Shown piece after piece: positions 30,121 through 38,927 of a DNA stretch of 64,000 nucleotides. Both the position numbers and the translations under genes were made by a program. The DNA comes from an uncultured Chloroflexia bacterium. Its GTDB lineage: Bacteria > Chloroflexota > Dehalococcoidia > UBA2979. How positions within the stretch are numbered: position 1 is the first letter of the stretch; every line of letters begins with the position of its first letter. The DNA lies in assembly GCA_963728205.1 (NCBI GenBank), contig CAVSIV010000002.1, positions 37,733 to 101,732 on the forward strand. The letters run 5' to 3'. The notes under the pieces were generated by a model, which saw nothing but the letters and a program-made list of their open reading frames with translations, was not told the origin of the DNA and made no database searches.

Positions 30121-30473
30121 CATCGCCTCAGCGGCGGCGCACGCACCGCCTCAGCGGCGGCGCACACACCGCCTCAGCGGCGGCGCACACACCGCCTCAG
30201 CGGCGCCGCACGCACCGCCTCAGCGGCGGCGCACACACCGCCTCAGCGGCGGCGCACGCACCGCCTCAGCGGCGGCGCACACACCGCCTCAGCGGCGGCG
30301 CACACAACCGTCCCAGCGGCGGCGCACACACCGCCCCAGCGGCGGCGTACACACCGCCTCAGCGGCGCCGCACACACCGCCTCAGCGGCGGCGCACACCG
30401 CCTCAGCGGCGGCGCACACCGCCTCAGCGGCGGCGCACACCGCCTCAGCGGCGGCAGACATGCCGCCGACAGG
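30121..30473. repeat. tandem array, 15 units of about 23 then 21 bp, ending in a half REP element
   Basis: The core CAGCGGCG recurs at 30129, 152, 175, 198, 221, 244, 267, 290, 314, 337, 360, 383, 404, 425 and 446. That is ten 23-nt intervals, one of 24 and three of 21. The unit is CGCCTCAGCGGCGGCGCAC(A/G)CAC. The last unit runs into TCAGCGGCGGCAGACATGCCGCCGACAGG (30445-30473), which is the left arm of the REP-like element with no right arm. Confidence 0.92.
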
Positions 30474-30585
30474 ACGCGGCCGCGAGGCCGCGCGACCTGT
30501 CCTGCCCGGGCCCCCGACGCAGAGCGGCCGGTCCCCCCGCCGAGGGACCGGCCGCGCCGGAGGGCCGCACCAGTGGAGGGGGACG

Positions 30586-30871
30586 TTAGGCGGCGCTCCG
30601 GTCTGTCGGGTCGTCGATCCCGGTCACGATGCCGAGACCGGCGGTGTGCTCGAGGCCCTGTGCGGCGATTCTGACGCGCGACGGTTTCGAGTGCGCCGCC
30701 CTCGTCCGCGATCGCCATGAGCAGGCGCTCGATGTCCCCGTCGTCGAGCGTCTGGCTCTGCATCATCCCGGTCGTCACGAGCGACCGCTGGATCGTCATC
30801 CACGCGTGGTCCGTGCTGGTCACGCCGGAAAGCAGCGTCATCAGGTCGCTGACCGCCTGCGTCTTGAACAT
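30586..30871 (-). CDS. small hypothetical protein (about 95 aa), probably frameshifted
   Basis: ATG 30871 (AGGAGGA 13 nt upstream) gives MFKTQAVSDLMTLLSGVTSTDHAWMTIQRSLVTTGMMQSQTLDDGDIERLLMAIADEGGALETVAR. After that the frame turns into Arg-rich shadow sequence that runs into the tandem array. The +1 frame reads RIAAQGLEHTAGLGIVTGIDDPTDRSAA-TAA (stop 30586-30588). Confidence 0.3.
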
Positions 30872-31086
30872 CGCTCGTTCCGTTCCTCCTGCGCCTTCCG
30901 CCGCGCGGGGGCGCTCCGCCTCGGGATCACAGCCAAGTGTGATGAAGGCGCCGCAGCCTGAGGATCGGGGACTACCCCGATTTCTTGACGTAATGCGCGC
31001 GGCCATCCGCCGCCCCACGGTGCGCCGAGGCGTAGGATGCCGCCGCGGCGCCGGCTCGCAGCCGCCCGCCGTGAGAGGGGCGCCCG

Positions 31087-32235
31087 ATGACCACCACCCA
31101 GATCCACGGCACCTGCGACGATCGCTTCGCCGCCGTCCGCGACGCCTTCCAGGCGAACTTCGACGCCGGCCGCGACGTCGGCGCGTCCGTCGCGGTCACG
31201 GTCGACGGCGATCCCGTCGTCGATCTGTGGGGCGGCTTCGCGGACGAGTCCCGCACGCGGCCGTGGGAGCGCGACACGATCGCGAACGTCTACTCGACGA
31301 CGAAGACGATGACGAACCTCTGCGCGCTGATCCTGGCCGACCGTGGCGCGCTCGACCTGCACGCCCCGGTCGCGACCTACTGGCCGGAGTTCGCGCAGAA
31401 CGGGAAGGGTGCGGTCGAGGTCCGTCACCTGCTGAGCCACTCGTCGGGGCTGTCCGGCTGGGACACGCCGCTGACCGTCGAGGACCTCTACGACTGGGAG
31501 AAGGTGACCTCGCTGCTCGCCGCGCAGGCGCCGTGGTGGAAGCCGGGCACCGCGTCGGGCTACCACTCACTGACGCAGGGCTACCTGGTCGGCGAGGTCG
31601 TGCGCCGCGTCACCGGACGCTCGCTCGGGACGTTCTTCCGCGAGGAAGTCGCCGAGCCGCTCGGGGCCGACTTCCACATCGGCCTCGCGTCGAGCGAGTT
31701 CGGCCGCTGCGCGGACCTGGTGCCGCCCGAGCAGACGGCGGACGTGCTGGCGATGGCCGGCGACTCGATCCCCGCGCGCACCTTCTCGAACCCGCCGATG
31801 AACGCGCTCGACTCGCGCACGGCCGCCTGGCGGCAGGCCGAGATCCCCGCTGCCGGCGGGCACGGCAACGCGCGGTCCGTCGCGCGCGTGCAGTCCGTGC
31901 TTGCGTGCGGCGGCGCCGTCGGAGGGACGCGGCTGCTCTCGCCGGCCGGCTGCGCGGTCGTCTTCGACGAGCAGACGCGCGGCACGGACCTGGCACTCGG
32001 CGTGCCGGTGCGCTTCGGCATGGGCTTCGGCCTCAACTCGCCCGAGGCGCCGCTCGGTCCGAACCCGCGTACCTGCTACTGGGGCGGGTGGGGCGGCTCC
32101 GTCGTGGTGATCGACATGGACGCGCGCGTCGCGATGTCCTTCGTCATGAACAAGATGAACTCGACGACGGTCGGCGACGTCCGCTCGGCATCGCTGGGCG
32201 CGGCCGTCTACCAGTCGCTCGCCGCTGCCGTCTAG
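31087..32235 (+). CDS. serine hydrolase, beta-lactamase/esterase (class C-like) family
   Basis: Track ORF, 382 aa. SxxK nucleophile motif in VYSTTKTMT. ...LLSHSSGLSGW..., ...GHGNARS..., ...WGGWGGS... Confidence 0.85.
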   Translation: MTTTQIHGTCDDRFAAVRDAFQANFDAGRDVGASVAVTVDGDPVVDLWGGFADESRTRPWERDTIANVYSTTKTMTNLCALILADRGALDLHAPVATYWPEFAQNGKGAVEVRHLLSHSSGLSGWDTPLTVEDLYDWEKVTSLLAAQAPWWKPGTASGYHSLTQGYLVGEVVRRVTGRSLGTFFREEVAEPLGADFHIGLASSEFGRCADLVPPEQTADVLAMAGDSIPARTFSNPPMNALDSRTAAWRQAEIPAAGGHGNARSVARVQSVLACGGAVGGTRLLSPAGCAVVFDEQTRGTDLALGVPVRFGMGFGLNSPEAPLGPNPRTCYWGGWGGSVVVIDMDARVAMSFVMNKMNSTTVGDVRSASLGAAVYQSLAAAV

Positions 32236-32267
32236 CCGGCCGACTCCGCGCCGCGAGAGGAACCACG

Positions 32268-32813
32268 ATGCCCCGACTCCAGCCGCTCGACCTCGACCAC
32301 GCCAATCCCGAGCAGCGTCGCGTCGCCGACGAGATCCGCAGCGGGCCGCGCGGCGGCCTCCGCGGTCCGTTCGACGCCTGGCTGCGCAGCCCCGGATTCG
32401 CCGAGCACGCGCAGCGCGTGGGCGCCTACTGCCGCTTCGGCAGCAGCCTCGCCGACGACACGCGCGAGCTGGCGATCCTGCTCGCCGGCGCGCACTGGCG
32501 CGCGCAGTTCGAGTTCTGGGCGCACGCGCGCCTCGCCCGCGAGGCCGGCCTCCCCGACGCCGTGATCGAGGCCGTGCGGATCGGCGCCGAGCCGGCGCTC
32601 GAGCGCGCCGACCTCCGCGCCGCCTACGCGGTCGTCACCGAGCACTTCGCGACACAGCGCGTGTCCGACGCGACGTACCGCGAGGCGCTCGCGGTCTTCG
32701 GCGAGCGTGGGCTCGTCGACCTGATCGGGACCGTCGGCTACTACGGGATGGTCTCGATGACGCTCAACGTGTTCGAGGTCGAGGTGCCGGAGGGTGAGAC
32801 CGCGCCGTTCTGA
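32268..32813 (+). CDS. carboxymuconolactone decarboxylase (AhpD-like) family protein
   Basis: Last 181 codons of shadow ORF 30717..32813 from ATG 32268. ...RELAILLAGAHWRAQFEFWAHARLA...LVDLIGTVGYYGMVSMTLNVF... Confidence 0.75.
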   Translation: MPRLQPLDLDHANPEQRRVADEIRSGPRGGLRGPFDAWLRSPGFAEHAQRVGAYCRFGSSLADDTRELAILLAGAHWRAQFEFWAHARLAREAGLPDAVIEAVRIGAEPALERADLRAAYAVVTEHFATQRVSDATYREALAVFGERGLVDLIGTVGYYGMVSMTLNVFEVEVPEGETAPF

Positions 32814-32838
32814 TCCGGCGGCGGGACATCGGCCCCGC

Positions 32839-32870
32839 GGGTGCGGGTGCGGGTGCTGGTGCGTGGTGCG
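32839..32870. repeat. short tandem repeats in the tRNA-Arg 3' trailer
   Basis: Plus strand: GGGTGC x3 (32839-32856), then TGGTGCG x2 (32857-32870), directly followed by TGGTGCG (32871-32877), which is the tRNA 3' end. On the tRNA strand this reads ...GGGCGCACCA-CGCACCA-CGCACCA-GCACCC-GCACCC-GCACCC. Confidence 0.9.
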
Positions 32871-32946
32871 TGGTGCGCCCGGGAGGATTCGAACCTCCGG
32901 CCTCTGCCTCCGCAGGGCAGCGCTCTATCCCCTGAGCTACGAGCGC
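32871..32946 (-). tRNA. tRNA-Arg (anticodon GCG), CCA encoded
   Basis: GCGCTCGTAGCTCAGGGGATAGAGCGCTGCCCTGCGGAGGCAGAGGCCGGAGGTTCGAATCCTCCCGGGCGCACCA. Anticodon loop CTGCGGA. 76 nt with a regular cloverleaf. Confidence 0.88.
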
Positions 32947-33042
32947 ACGCGTCCGAAGATGGTAGGTCGCGGACCCGGTGTGAGCGAACGGCGGGCGGTC
33001 GAGGACTCGCCGCCGGTTCCGTCGCTCAACTGCTGGACCGGA

Positions 33043-33129
33043 TGGTGCCGAAGGTGAGATTTGAACTCACACGGGGATAAACCCCACTGCGCCCTGAACG
33101 CAGCGCGTCTGCCATTCCGCCACTTCGGC
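33043..33129 (-). tRNA. tRNA-Leu (anticodon CAG), long variable arm, CCA encoded
   Basis: GCCGAAGTGGCGGAATGGCAGACGCGCTGCGTTCAGGGCGCAGTGGGGTTTATCCCCGTGTGAGTTCAAATCTCACCTTCGGCACCA. Anticodon loop TTCAGGG. Confidence 0.9.
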
Positions 33130-33174
33130 ACGTCATGCAGTCACCGGCGATCCCCACTCGGTGGGTTTGTCAGC

Positions 33175-33251
33175 TGGTGGGCGGTACTGGACTTGAACCA
33201 GTGACCTCTCGCGTGTGAAGCGAGCGCTCGTACCAACTGAGCTAACCGCCC
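33175..33251 (-). tRNA. tRNA-Val (anticodon CAC), CCA encoded
   Basis: GGGCGGTTAGCTCAGTTGGTACGAGCGCTCGCTTCACACGCGAGAGGTCACTGGTTCAAGTCCAGTACCGCCCACCA. Anticodon loop TTCACAC. Confidence 0.92.
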
Positions 33252-33396
33252 GTGGCTGCGACCTCCCGGAACGATGAGACTAAGGCCGCGCCGGGCTCGC
33301 GTTCAACCGGCGCGCGCCGCGGCCGGCGGTGTAGCATCCCGCCGCCGGCGCCCCCGGCCGCGGGGCGCACACGACGTCGACACGAGGGGGTCCGCC

Positions 33397-34332
33397 ATGA
33401 CGCTCAAGCTCGGGGTGCACACCGGCCAGCAGGACATCGCGATGGATGAGCTGCGCCGCGTGTGGCGCTTCGTCGATTCGCACGGCTGGGACTTCGTCTC
33501 GGTGTGGGACCACTTCTACGAGGCGCCGCCAATCGACGGCACGCACCCGTGCTTCGAGGCGGTCGCGTCGATGGCGGTGCTCGCCGCCGAGACCGAGCGC
33601 GTGCGCATCGGCTGCCACGTGTTCTGCATGAACTACCGCAACCCGGCGCTGCTCGCGAACTCGATCATGACGATCGACCACGTGAGCCACGGGCGCGTCG
33701 AGCTCGGCGTCGGCGCCGGCTGGCACGCCCAGGAGCACGCGGCGTACGGGTACCCGTTCGACCCCCCGAAGGAGCGGCTCGACCGCCTGGAGGAGGGCAT
33801 CCGCGCGCTGAAGCTGCTCTTCTCGCAGGAGGAGACGGACTTTGACGGCCGCTACTACCACCTCGAGCATGCGACGCTCTACCCGCGGCCGGTGCAGCAG
33901 CCGGTGCCGATCGTCGTGGGCGGGCGCGGCGAGAAGCGCACGCTGCGCATCGCGGCGCGCCACGCGGACGGCTGGAACGTGCCCTACATCAACGTCGAGG
34001 AGTTCGAGCGCCTCAACGGCGTGCTCGACATGTGGTGCGAGCGGGAGGGCCGCGACCCGGCCGGCATCGAGCGCTCGGTGAACCTCCACATGCACATGGG
34101 CGCGAACGAGGCGGATGCGAAGCGGATCGCCGACGCGCACGGCGCGGCGTTGTCCGCCGGGGGGCGCATGCCGTCCGTGGGCGCCGTCAGCGGCACCGCG
34201 CAGCGGACGATCGAGACGATCGCGGCGTACCAGGAGGCCGGCGCGTCGCGGGTGAGCATCGCGATTCGCCCGCCGGTGGAGTGGGACGCGCTGCAGGCCT
34301 TCGCGGAGGAGGTGATCCCGGCGTTCCGCTAG
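33397..34332 (+). CDS. luciferase-like (LLM class, probably F420-dependent) oxidoreductase
   Basis: Track ORF 33274..34332 trimmed to ATG 33397 (GAGGGGG upstream). MTLKLGVHTGQQ...WDFVSVWDHF...GRVELGVGAGW...PIVVGGRGEKRTLRIAARHADGWN... Confidence 0.85.
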   Translation: MTLKLGVHTGQQDIAMDELRRVWRFVDSHGWDFVSVWDHFYEAPPIDGTHPCFEAVASMAVLAAETERVRIGCHVFCMNYRNPALLANSIMTIDHVSHGRVELGVGAGWHAQEHAAYGYPFDPPKERLDRLEEGIRALKLLFSQEETDFDGRYYHLEHATLYPRPVQQPVPIVVGGRGEKRTLRIAARHADGWNVPYINVEEFERLNGVLDMWCEREGRDPAGIERSVNLHMHMGANEADAKRIADAHGAALSAGGRMPSVGAVSGTAQRTIETIAAYQEAGASRVSIAIRPPVEWDALQAFAEEVIPAFR

Positions 34333-34397
34333 CGCGTGCTCGGGGAACAACCGGCGCGCAAGCGCTAGTGCCGCGGGCGTAGAGTGGATGCGCTGTG

Positions 34398-35384
34398 ATG
34401 CTCTACGAGCCGACACAGACACTGCTCCACCGCTGGTTCGCCGACGAGGAGATCCGCGCCGTCGCGCGCGTCGACGGCGGCACGGTCAAGGACGTCTTTC
34501 GCGTCGACACCGCCCGCGGCGTCTTTGTCCTGCGCATCGCGGAGCCCGGCACGCGGCTCGACGACGTCCTGTTCGAGCAGGAGTGGGTGACGCACATCGG
34601 CGCGCGGTTGCCCGAGGTGCTCGCGCCGCTGCCGGCCCCCGGTGGGTCGACCGCGGTGGTCGACCACGGGCGCGTGAGCACGCTGCTCCCCTACGTCCCC
34701 GGCGACGCGCCCAGCCGCTTCCGGCCGGAGCACCGCGCCGCCGCCGCGCACACGCTCGCGCGCATCCACCGCGTCGCCGCCTCCGTGCACGACCCGCTGC
34801 CGCGGCCGGGCTGGCCGGCGTGGCATCACCTGCACTGGGAGCGCAACCACTGGTGGTGCTGGGACGACCTGCGTCGCGCCCTGCCGCGTGCCGCCGATGC
34901 GCCCGACCATCTCGACCCCGCCGCGATCGCCGCAGCGCTCGGCCGGCACATCGCCGTGCTGCCCATTGCGCTGCACGAGCTCGCGTACCGCGGCCTGCCG
35001 GCGCACCCGCTGCACGGCGACTACGGCGCCGCGAACCTGCGCGTGCGCGACGACCGCATCGTCGGCGTCTTCGACTGGGACGAGACGCGGCTCGACTGGC
35101 GCGCCTGCGAGCTCGCCGACGCGATCTGGGGCTTCGCGCGCCAGGTCGCGCACGACGGCTTCGACCGCGAGGTCGCGCTCGCGTTCCTCGAGTCCTACCG
35201 CGAGGCCGGCGGCGAGGTGTCGCCCCGCGAGCGGGACGAGCTCGTGCTGCTGATGCGGGCGCGACGGCTGTGGGAGGCGCTGTACTTCCTCGGCGACTGG
35301 CAGCGCGGCCAGGAGATCTCCTGGGACTACCTCGCCGCCAACGTCCGCGCGCTCGACGCGCTTGAGGGGATCGAAGCGCTGTAG
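34398..35384 (+). CDS. aminoglycoside/choline-kinase-like phosphotransferase (APH family)
   Basis: Track ORF 34395..35384. Catalytic loop HGDYGAANLRV (HxDxxxxN) and metal-binding VFDWDE. Confidence 0.8.
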   Translation: MLYEPTQTLLHRWFADEEIRAVARVDGGTVKDVFRVDTARGVFVLRIAEPGTRLDDVLFEQEWVTHIGARLPEVLAPLPAPGGSTAVVDHGRVSTLLPYVPGDAPSRFRPEHRAAAAHTLARIHRVAASVHDPLPRPGWPAWHHLHWERNHWWCWDDLRRALPRAADAPDHLDPAAIAAALGRHIAVLPIALHELAYRGLPAHPLHGDYGAANLRVRDDRIVGVFDWDETRLDWRACELADAIWGFARQVAHDGFDREVALAFLESYREAGGEVSPRERDELVLLMRARRLWEALYFLGDWQRGQEISWDYLAANVRALDALEGIEAL

Positions 35385-35447
35385 CGAACAGCGTTCGCCC
35401 CAATCCAACTCCCACCCGCTATCGTCGCCGGCGGAGGTGCCGCCCCG

Positions 35448-36014
35448 ATGGCCGACCGTGTTCGCTGCCCCTGGGCCGGCGACGACCCGCTGATGGTCGC
35501 CTACCACGACGAGCAGTGGGGCGTCCCCGAGCACGACGACCGCGCGCTCTTCGAGTTGGTCACGCTCGAGGGCGCCCAGGCCGGCCTCTCGTGGCGCACG
35601 ATCCTGCAGCGCCGCGGCGGCTATCGCGCCGCGTTCGCCGGCTGGGACATCGCGCGCATCGCCGCGTTCGACGACGCCGACGTCGCGCGGCTCCTCGCAG
35701 ATCCCGGGATCGTCCGAAATCGCGCGAAGGTCGCGGCCACCGTGGGCAATGCCCGCGCCGCGCTTGCCGTCGTCGAGGAGTGGGGCTCGCTCGACCGCCT
35801 GCTCTGGAGCTTCGTTGACGAGGTGGTGAAGGTCGGCGGCTTCACGCGCGTCGACCAGGTGCCGGCCGAGACGCCGGAGTCGCGAGCGATGAGCAAGGAC
35901 CTGCACCGGCGCGGCTTCCGGTTCGTCGGACCCACCATCTGCTACGCGCTTATGCAGTCCGCCGGGCTCGCGAACGATCACCTCGTGGACTGCTTCCGCT
36001 TCCGCGCGGTCTAG
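35448..36014 (+). CDS. tag: DNA-3-methyladenine glycosylase I
   Basis: Track ORF, 188 aa. [22 protein letters not shown]...[10 protein letters not shown]...[19 protein letters not shown]...C. Confidence 0.92.
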   Translation: MADRVRCPWAGDDPLMVAYHDEQWGVPEHDDRALFELVTLEGAQAGLSWRTILQRRGGYRAAFAGWDIARIAAFDDADVARLLADPGIVRNRAKVAATVGNARAALAVVEEWGSLDRLLWSFVDEVVKVGGFTRVDQVPAETPESRAMSKDLHRRGFRFVGPTICYALMQSAGLANDHLVDCFRFRAV

Positions 36015-36066
36015 CGGGCCGCGCGCATCCCCCGCCGGCAAGTGCCGGCGACCGCGCGCCGCTCGC

Positions 36067-36087
36067 CCGGCGGCGGTCCGCCGCCGG
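36067..36087 (+). terminator. GC hairpin downstream of tag
   Basis: CCGGCGGCGG-t-CCGCCGCCGG (10-bp arms), preceded by CCGGCAagTGCCGG. No U-tract. The sequence is related to the REP mini-hairpin. Confidence 0.35.
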
Positions 36088-36181
36088 ACCGTCCGCATCG
36101 CCTGCGCTACGATGTCGCCGACGCGCCGCCGGCGCGCCCGGATGTACCACCGGTACCCCTGCGACGGACAAGGTGAACGCG

Positions 36182-38857
36182 ATGGCGGACTCCATGAACA
36201 GCTTCGGCGCGCGCGACACGCTTCGCGTCGGCAACGACACCTACACCATCTACCGGCTCGGGCGCGCCGCCGAGCAGCTCGGCGTGGACATCGATCGCCT
36301 GCCATTCACGATCCGCATCCTGCTCGAGAACATGCTGCGCTACGAGGACGGCCTCAGCGTCACCACCGACCAGGTCCGAGCCGTCGCGCAATGGGACGCC
36401 GCCGCCGAGCCCGATACCGAGATCGCGTTCCGCCCCGGCCGCATCCTGCTCCAGGACTTCACCGGCGTCCCCGCGGTCGTCGACCTCGCCGCCATGCGCG
36501 ACGCGATGGCCGAGATGGGCGGCGATCCCGACAAGATCAACCCGCTGCAGCCCGTGGACCTCGTGATCGACCATTCCGTGCAGGTCGACTCCTTCGGCAT
36601 CGCCGACGCCTTCCGGATCAACGCCGAGAAGGAGTTCGAGCGGAACAAGGAGCGCTACCAGCTGCTGAAGTGGGCACAGGGTGCCTTCCGCGGCTTCCGC
36701 GTCGTCCCGCCGGATACCGGCATCGTGCACCAGGTGAACCTCGAGTACCTCGCGCCGGTCGTGCTCGCCGACGAGGCCGGCAACGCCTACCCGGACTCGC
36801 TCGTCGGCACCGACTCGCACACCACGATGATCGACGGCCTCGGCGTGCTCGGCTGGGGCGTCGGCGGGATCGAGGCGGAGGCGGCCATGCTCGGCCAGCC
36901 CGTCTCGATGCTGATCCCGCAGGTCGTCGGCGTGCACCTCACGGGCACGCTGCCCGAGGGTGCGACCGGCACGGACCTCGTGCTTCGCGTCACCGAGATC
37001 CTGCGATCGAAGAACGTCGTCGGGAAGTTCGTCGAGTTCTTCGGGCAGGGCCTCACCGGGCTGCCGCTTGCGGCGCGCGCCACCATCGCGAACATGTGCC
37101 CCGAGTACGGTGCGACGGTCGGCTTCTTCCCCGTCGACAACGAGACGCTGCACTACCTGCACCTGACCGGCCGCGACGAGGCGATCGTCAGCCGCGTCGA
37201 GACCTACACGAAGGCGCAGCATCTCTTCCGCACCGACGCCACGCCCGACCCCGTCTTCAGCGAGGTGGTCGAGCTGGATCTCGGCAGCATCGTGCCGAGC
37301 CTGGCCGGGCCGAAGCGCCCGCAGGACCGCATCGCGCTCAGCGACATGAAGACCGCGGCCCTCAAGGAGTTCGACGACCAGGTCGCGGCGGGCGGCGGTC
37401 GCCGGCCGGTGGCCGTCGAGCAGGACGGGCAGTCGTTCGAGGTCGGCAACGGCTCGGTCGTGATCGCGGCGATCACGTCGTGCACGAACACCTCGAATCC
37501 CGAGGTCATGGTCGGCGCCGGGCTGCTCGCGAAGAAGGCGGTCGAGCGTGGGCTGCACACGAAGCCGTGGGTGAAGACGAGCCTGGCGCCCGGCTCGAAG
37601 GTCGTGACCGACTACCTCGACGAGGCCGGGCTCACCCCGTACCTCAACGAGCTCGGCTTCGAGCTCGTGGGCTACGGCTGCACGACCTGCATCGGCAACT
37701 CGGGCCCGCTGCCCGAGGCGATCGAGAAGGCCGTCGACCAGGGCAACCTCGCGGTGGCCGCGGTGCTCTCCGGCAACCGCAACTTCGAGGCGCGCGTGCA
37801 CAACAAGGTGCGCTCGAACTACCTCGCGTCGCCGCCGCTCGTCGTCGCGTACGCGCTCGCCGGTCGCACCGACGTCGACCTCTACAACGAGCCGCTCGGC
37901 GAGGGCAGCGACGGCCAGCCGGTCTTCCTGCGCGACATCTGGCCAACGCAGCGCGAGGTGCTGTCGACGATCCAGTCGTCGATCCGCTCGCAGATGTTCA
38001 CGTCGGAGTACGGCGACGTCTTCAAGGGCGACGAGCGCTGGGCGGCGCTGGACGCCCCGGCCGGCGACCGCTTCGCCTGGGACCCGGACTCGACGTACGT
38101 GCGGCGCCCGCCGTTCTTCGAGAACCTCCCGCGCCAGCCGCGGCCGCTCACCGACATCAAGGAGGCGCGTGTGCTCGCGCTCCTCGGCGACTCGGTGACG
38201 ACCGATCACATCTCGCCCGCCGGCGGCATCGCGAAGAGCTCGCCGGCCGCGAAGTACCTGGACGACCACGAGGTGCCGGTGAGCGCCTACAACCAGTACG
38301 GCGCGCGCCGCGGCAACCACGAGGTGATGATGCGCGGCACGTTCGCGAACGTGCGGCTGCGCAACACGCTGGTCGACCGCGAGGGCGGCTGGACGCGCCA
38401 CCTCCCCGACGGCGAGGAGATGACGATCTGGGACGCGGCGGAGCGCTACCAGGAAGAGGGCGTCCCGCTGATCCTGATCGCGGGCCGCGAGTACGGCACC
38501 GGATCGTCGCGCGACTGGGCGGCGAAGGGGCCGTACCTGCAGGGCGTGAAGGCCGCGCTGGCGCAGTCGTTCGAGCGCATCCACCGCAGCAACCTGATCG
38601 GCATGGGCATCCTGCCGCTGCAGTTCCGCGACGGCGACTCCGCGGAGTCGCTCGGGCTGACCGGCAAGGAGCGGTTCGACGTCGATGGCATCGCCGGCGA
38701 CCTCAAGCCGGGCCAGGCGCTGACGGTGCGTGCGATCGCGGACGACGGCGCGGAGCAGACGTTCGAGGTGCGCTGCCGCATCGATACGCCGGTGGAGGTC
38801 GAGTACTACCGGCACGGCGGGATCCTGCAGTACGTCCTGCGTCAACTGCTCGACTAA
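36182..38857 (+). CDS. acnA: aconitate hydratase A
   Basis: Track ORF 36173..38857 (GTG 36173 or ATG 36182). Fe-S ligand regions [10 protein letters not shown] and [12 protein letters not shown]. ...[13 protein letters not shown]... About 890 aa. Confidence 0.96.
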   Translation: MADSMNSFGARDTLRVGNDTYTIYRLGRAAEQLGVDIDRLPFTIRILLENMLRYEDGLSVTTDQVRAVAQWDAAAEPDTEIAFRPGRILLQDFTGVPAVVDLAAMRDAMAEMGGDPDKINPLQPVDLVIDHSVQVDSFGIADAFRINAEKEFERNKERYQLLKWAQGAFRGFRVVPPDTGIVHQVNLEYLAPVVLADEAGNAYPDSLVGTDSHTTMIDGLGVLGWGVGGIEAEAAMLGQPVSMLIPQVVGVHLTGTLPEGATGTDLVLRVTEILRSKNVVGKFVEFFGQGLTGLPLAARATIANMCPEYGATVGFFPVDNETLHYLHLTGRDEAIVSRVETYTKAQHLFRTDATPDPVFSEVVELDLGSIVPSLAGPKRPQDRIALSDMKTAALKEFDDQVAAGGGRRPVAVEQDGQSFEVGNGSVVIAAITSCTNTSNPEVMVGAGLLAKKAVERGLHTKPWVKTSLAPGSKVVTDYLDEAGLTPYLNELGFELVGYGCTTCIGNSGPLPEAIEKAVDQGNLAVAAVLSGNRNFEARVHNKVRSNYLASPPLVVAYALAGRTDVDLYNEPLGEGSDGQPVFLRDIWPTQREVLSTIQSSIRSQMFTSEYGDVFKGDERWAALDAPAGDRFAWDPDSTYVRRPPFFENLPRQPRPLTDIKEARVLALLGDSVTTDHISPAGGIAKSSPAAKYLDDHEVPVSAYNQYGARRGNHEVMMRGTFANVRLRNTLVDREGGWTRHLPDGEEMTIWDAAERYQEEGVPLILIAGREYGTGSSRDWAAKGPYLQGVKAALAQSFERIHRSNLIGMGILPLQFRDGDSAESLGLTGKERFDVDGIAGDLKPGQALTVRAIADDGAEQTFEVRCRIDTPVEVEYYRHGGILQYVLRQLLD

Positions 38858-38862
38858 GGGAC

Positions 38863-38888
38863 GGGCGCGGGGCGTCGCTCCCGCGCCC
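38863..38888 (+). terminator. GC hairpin just after acnA
   Basis: GGGCGCGGG-gcgtcgct-CCCGCGCCC, a 9-bp perfect stem 6 nt after the TAA. No U-tract. Confidence 0.45.
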
Positions 38889-38927
38889 GAGCCGATTGCG
38901 CGCCGCCGCCGCGGCGCCCGGTGGTGG

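Noticed and set aside
30121-30473. CRISPR array.
   Set aside because: The units are directly contiguous with no unique spacers, the period is only 21-24 bp, and no cas genes are in the window.
30034-30720. 228-aa ORF (and the overlapping ORFs 30095..30589 and 30243..30461) reading through the tandem array as a repeat protein (…HRLSGGAHTASAAAHTPPQRRRT…).
   Set aside because: The open frame is a by-product of a stop-free GC-rich 23-bp unit, which cycles through all three frames every 69 bp. There is no start context or SD, the composition is Arg/Ala/Pro shadow-like, and the frames stay open on both strands.
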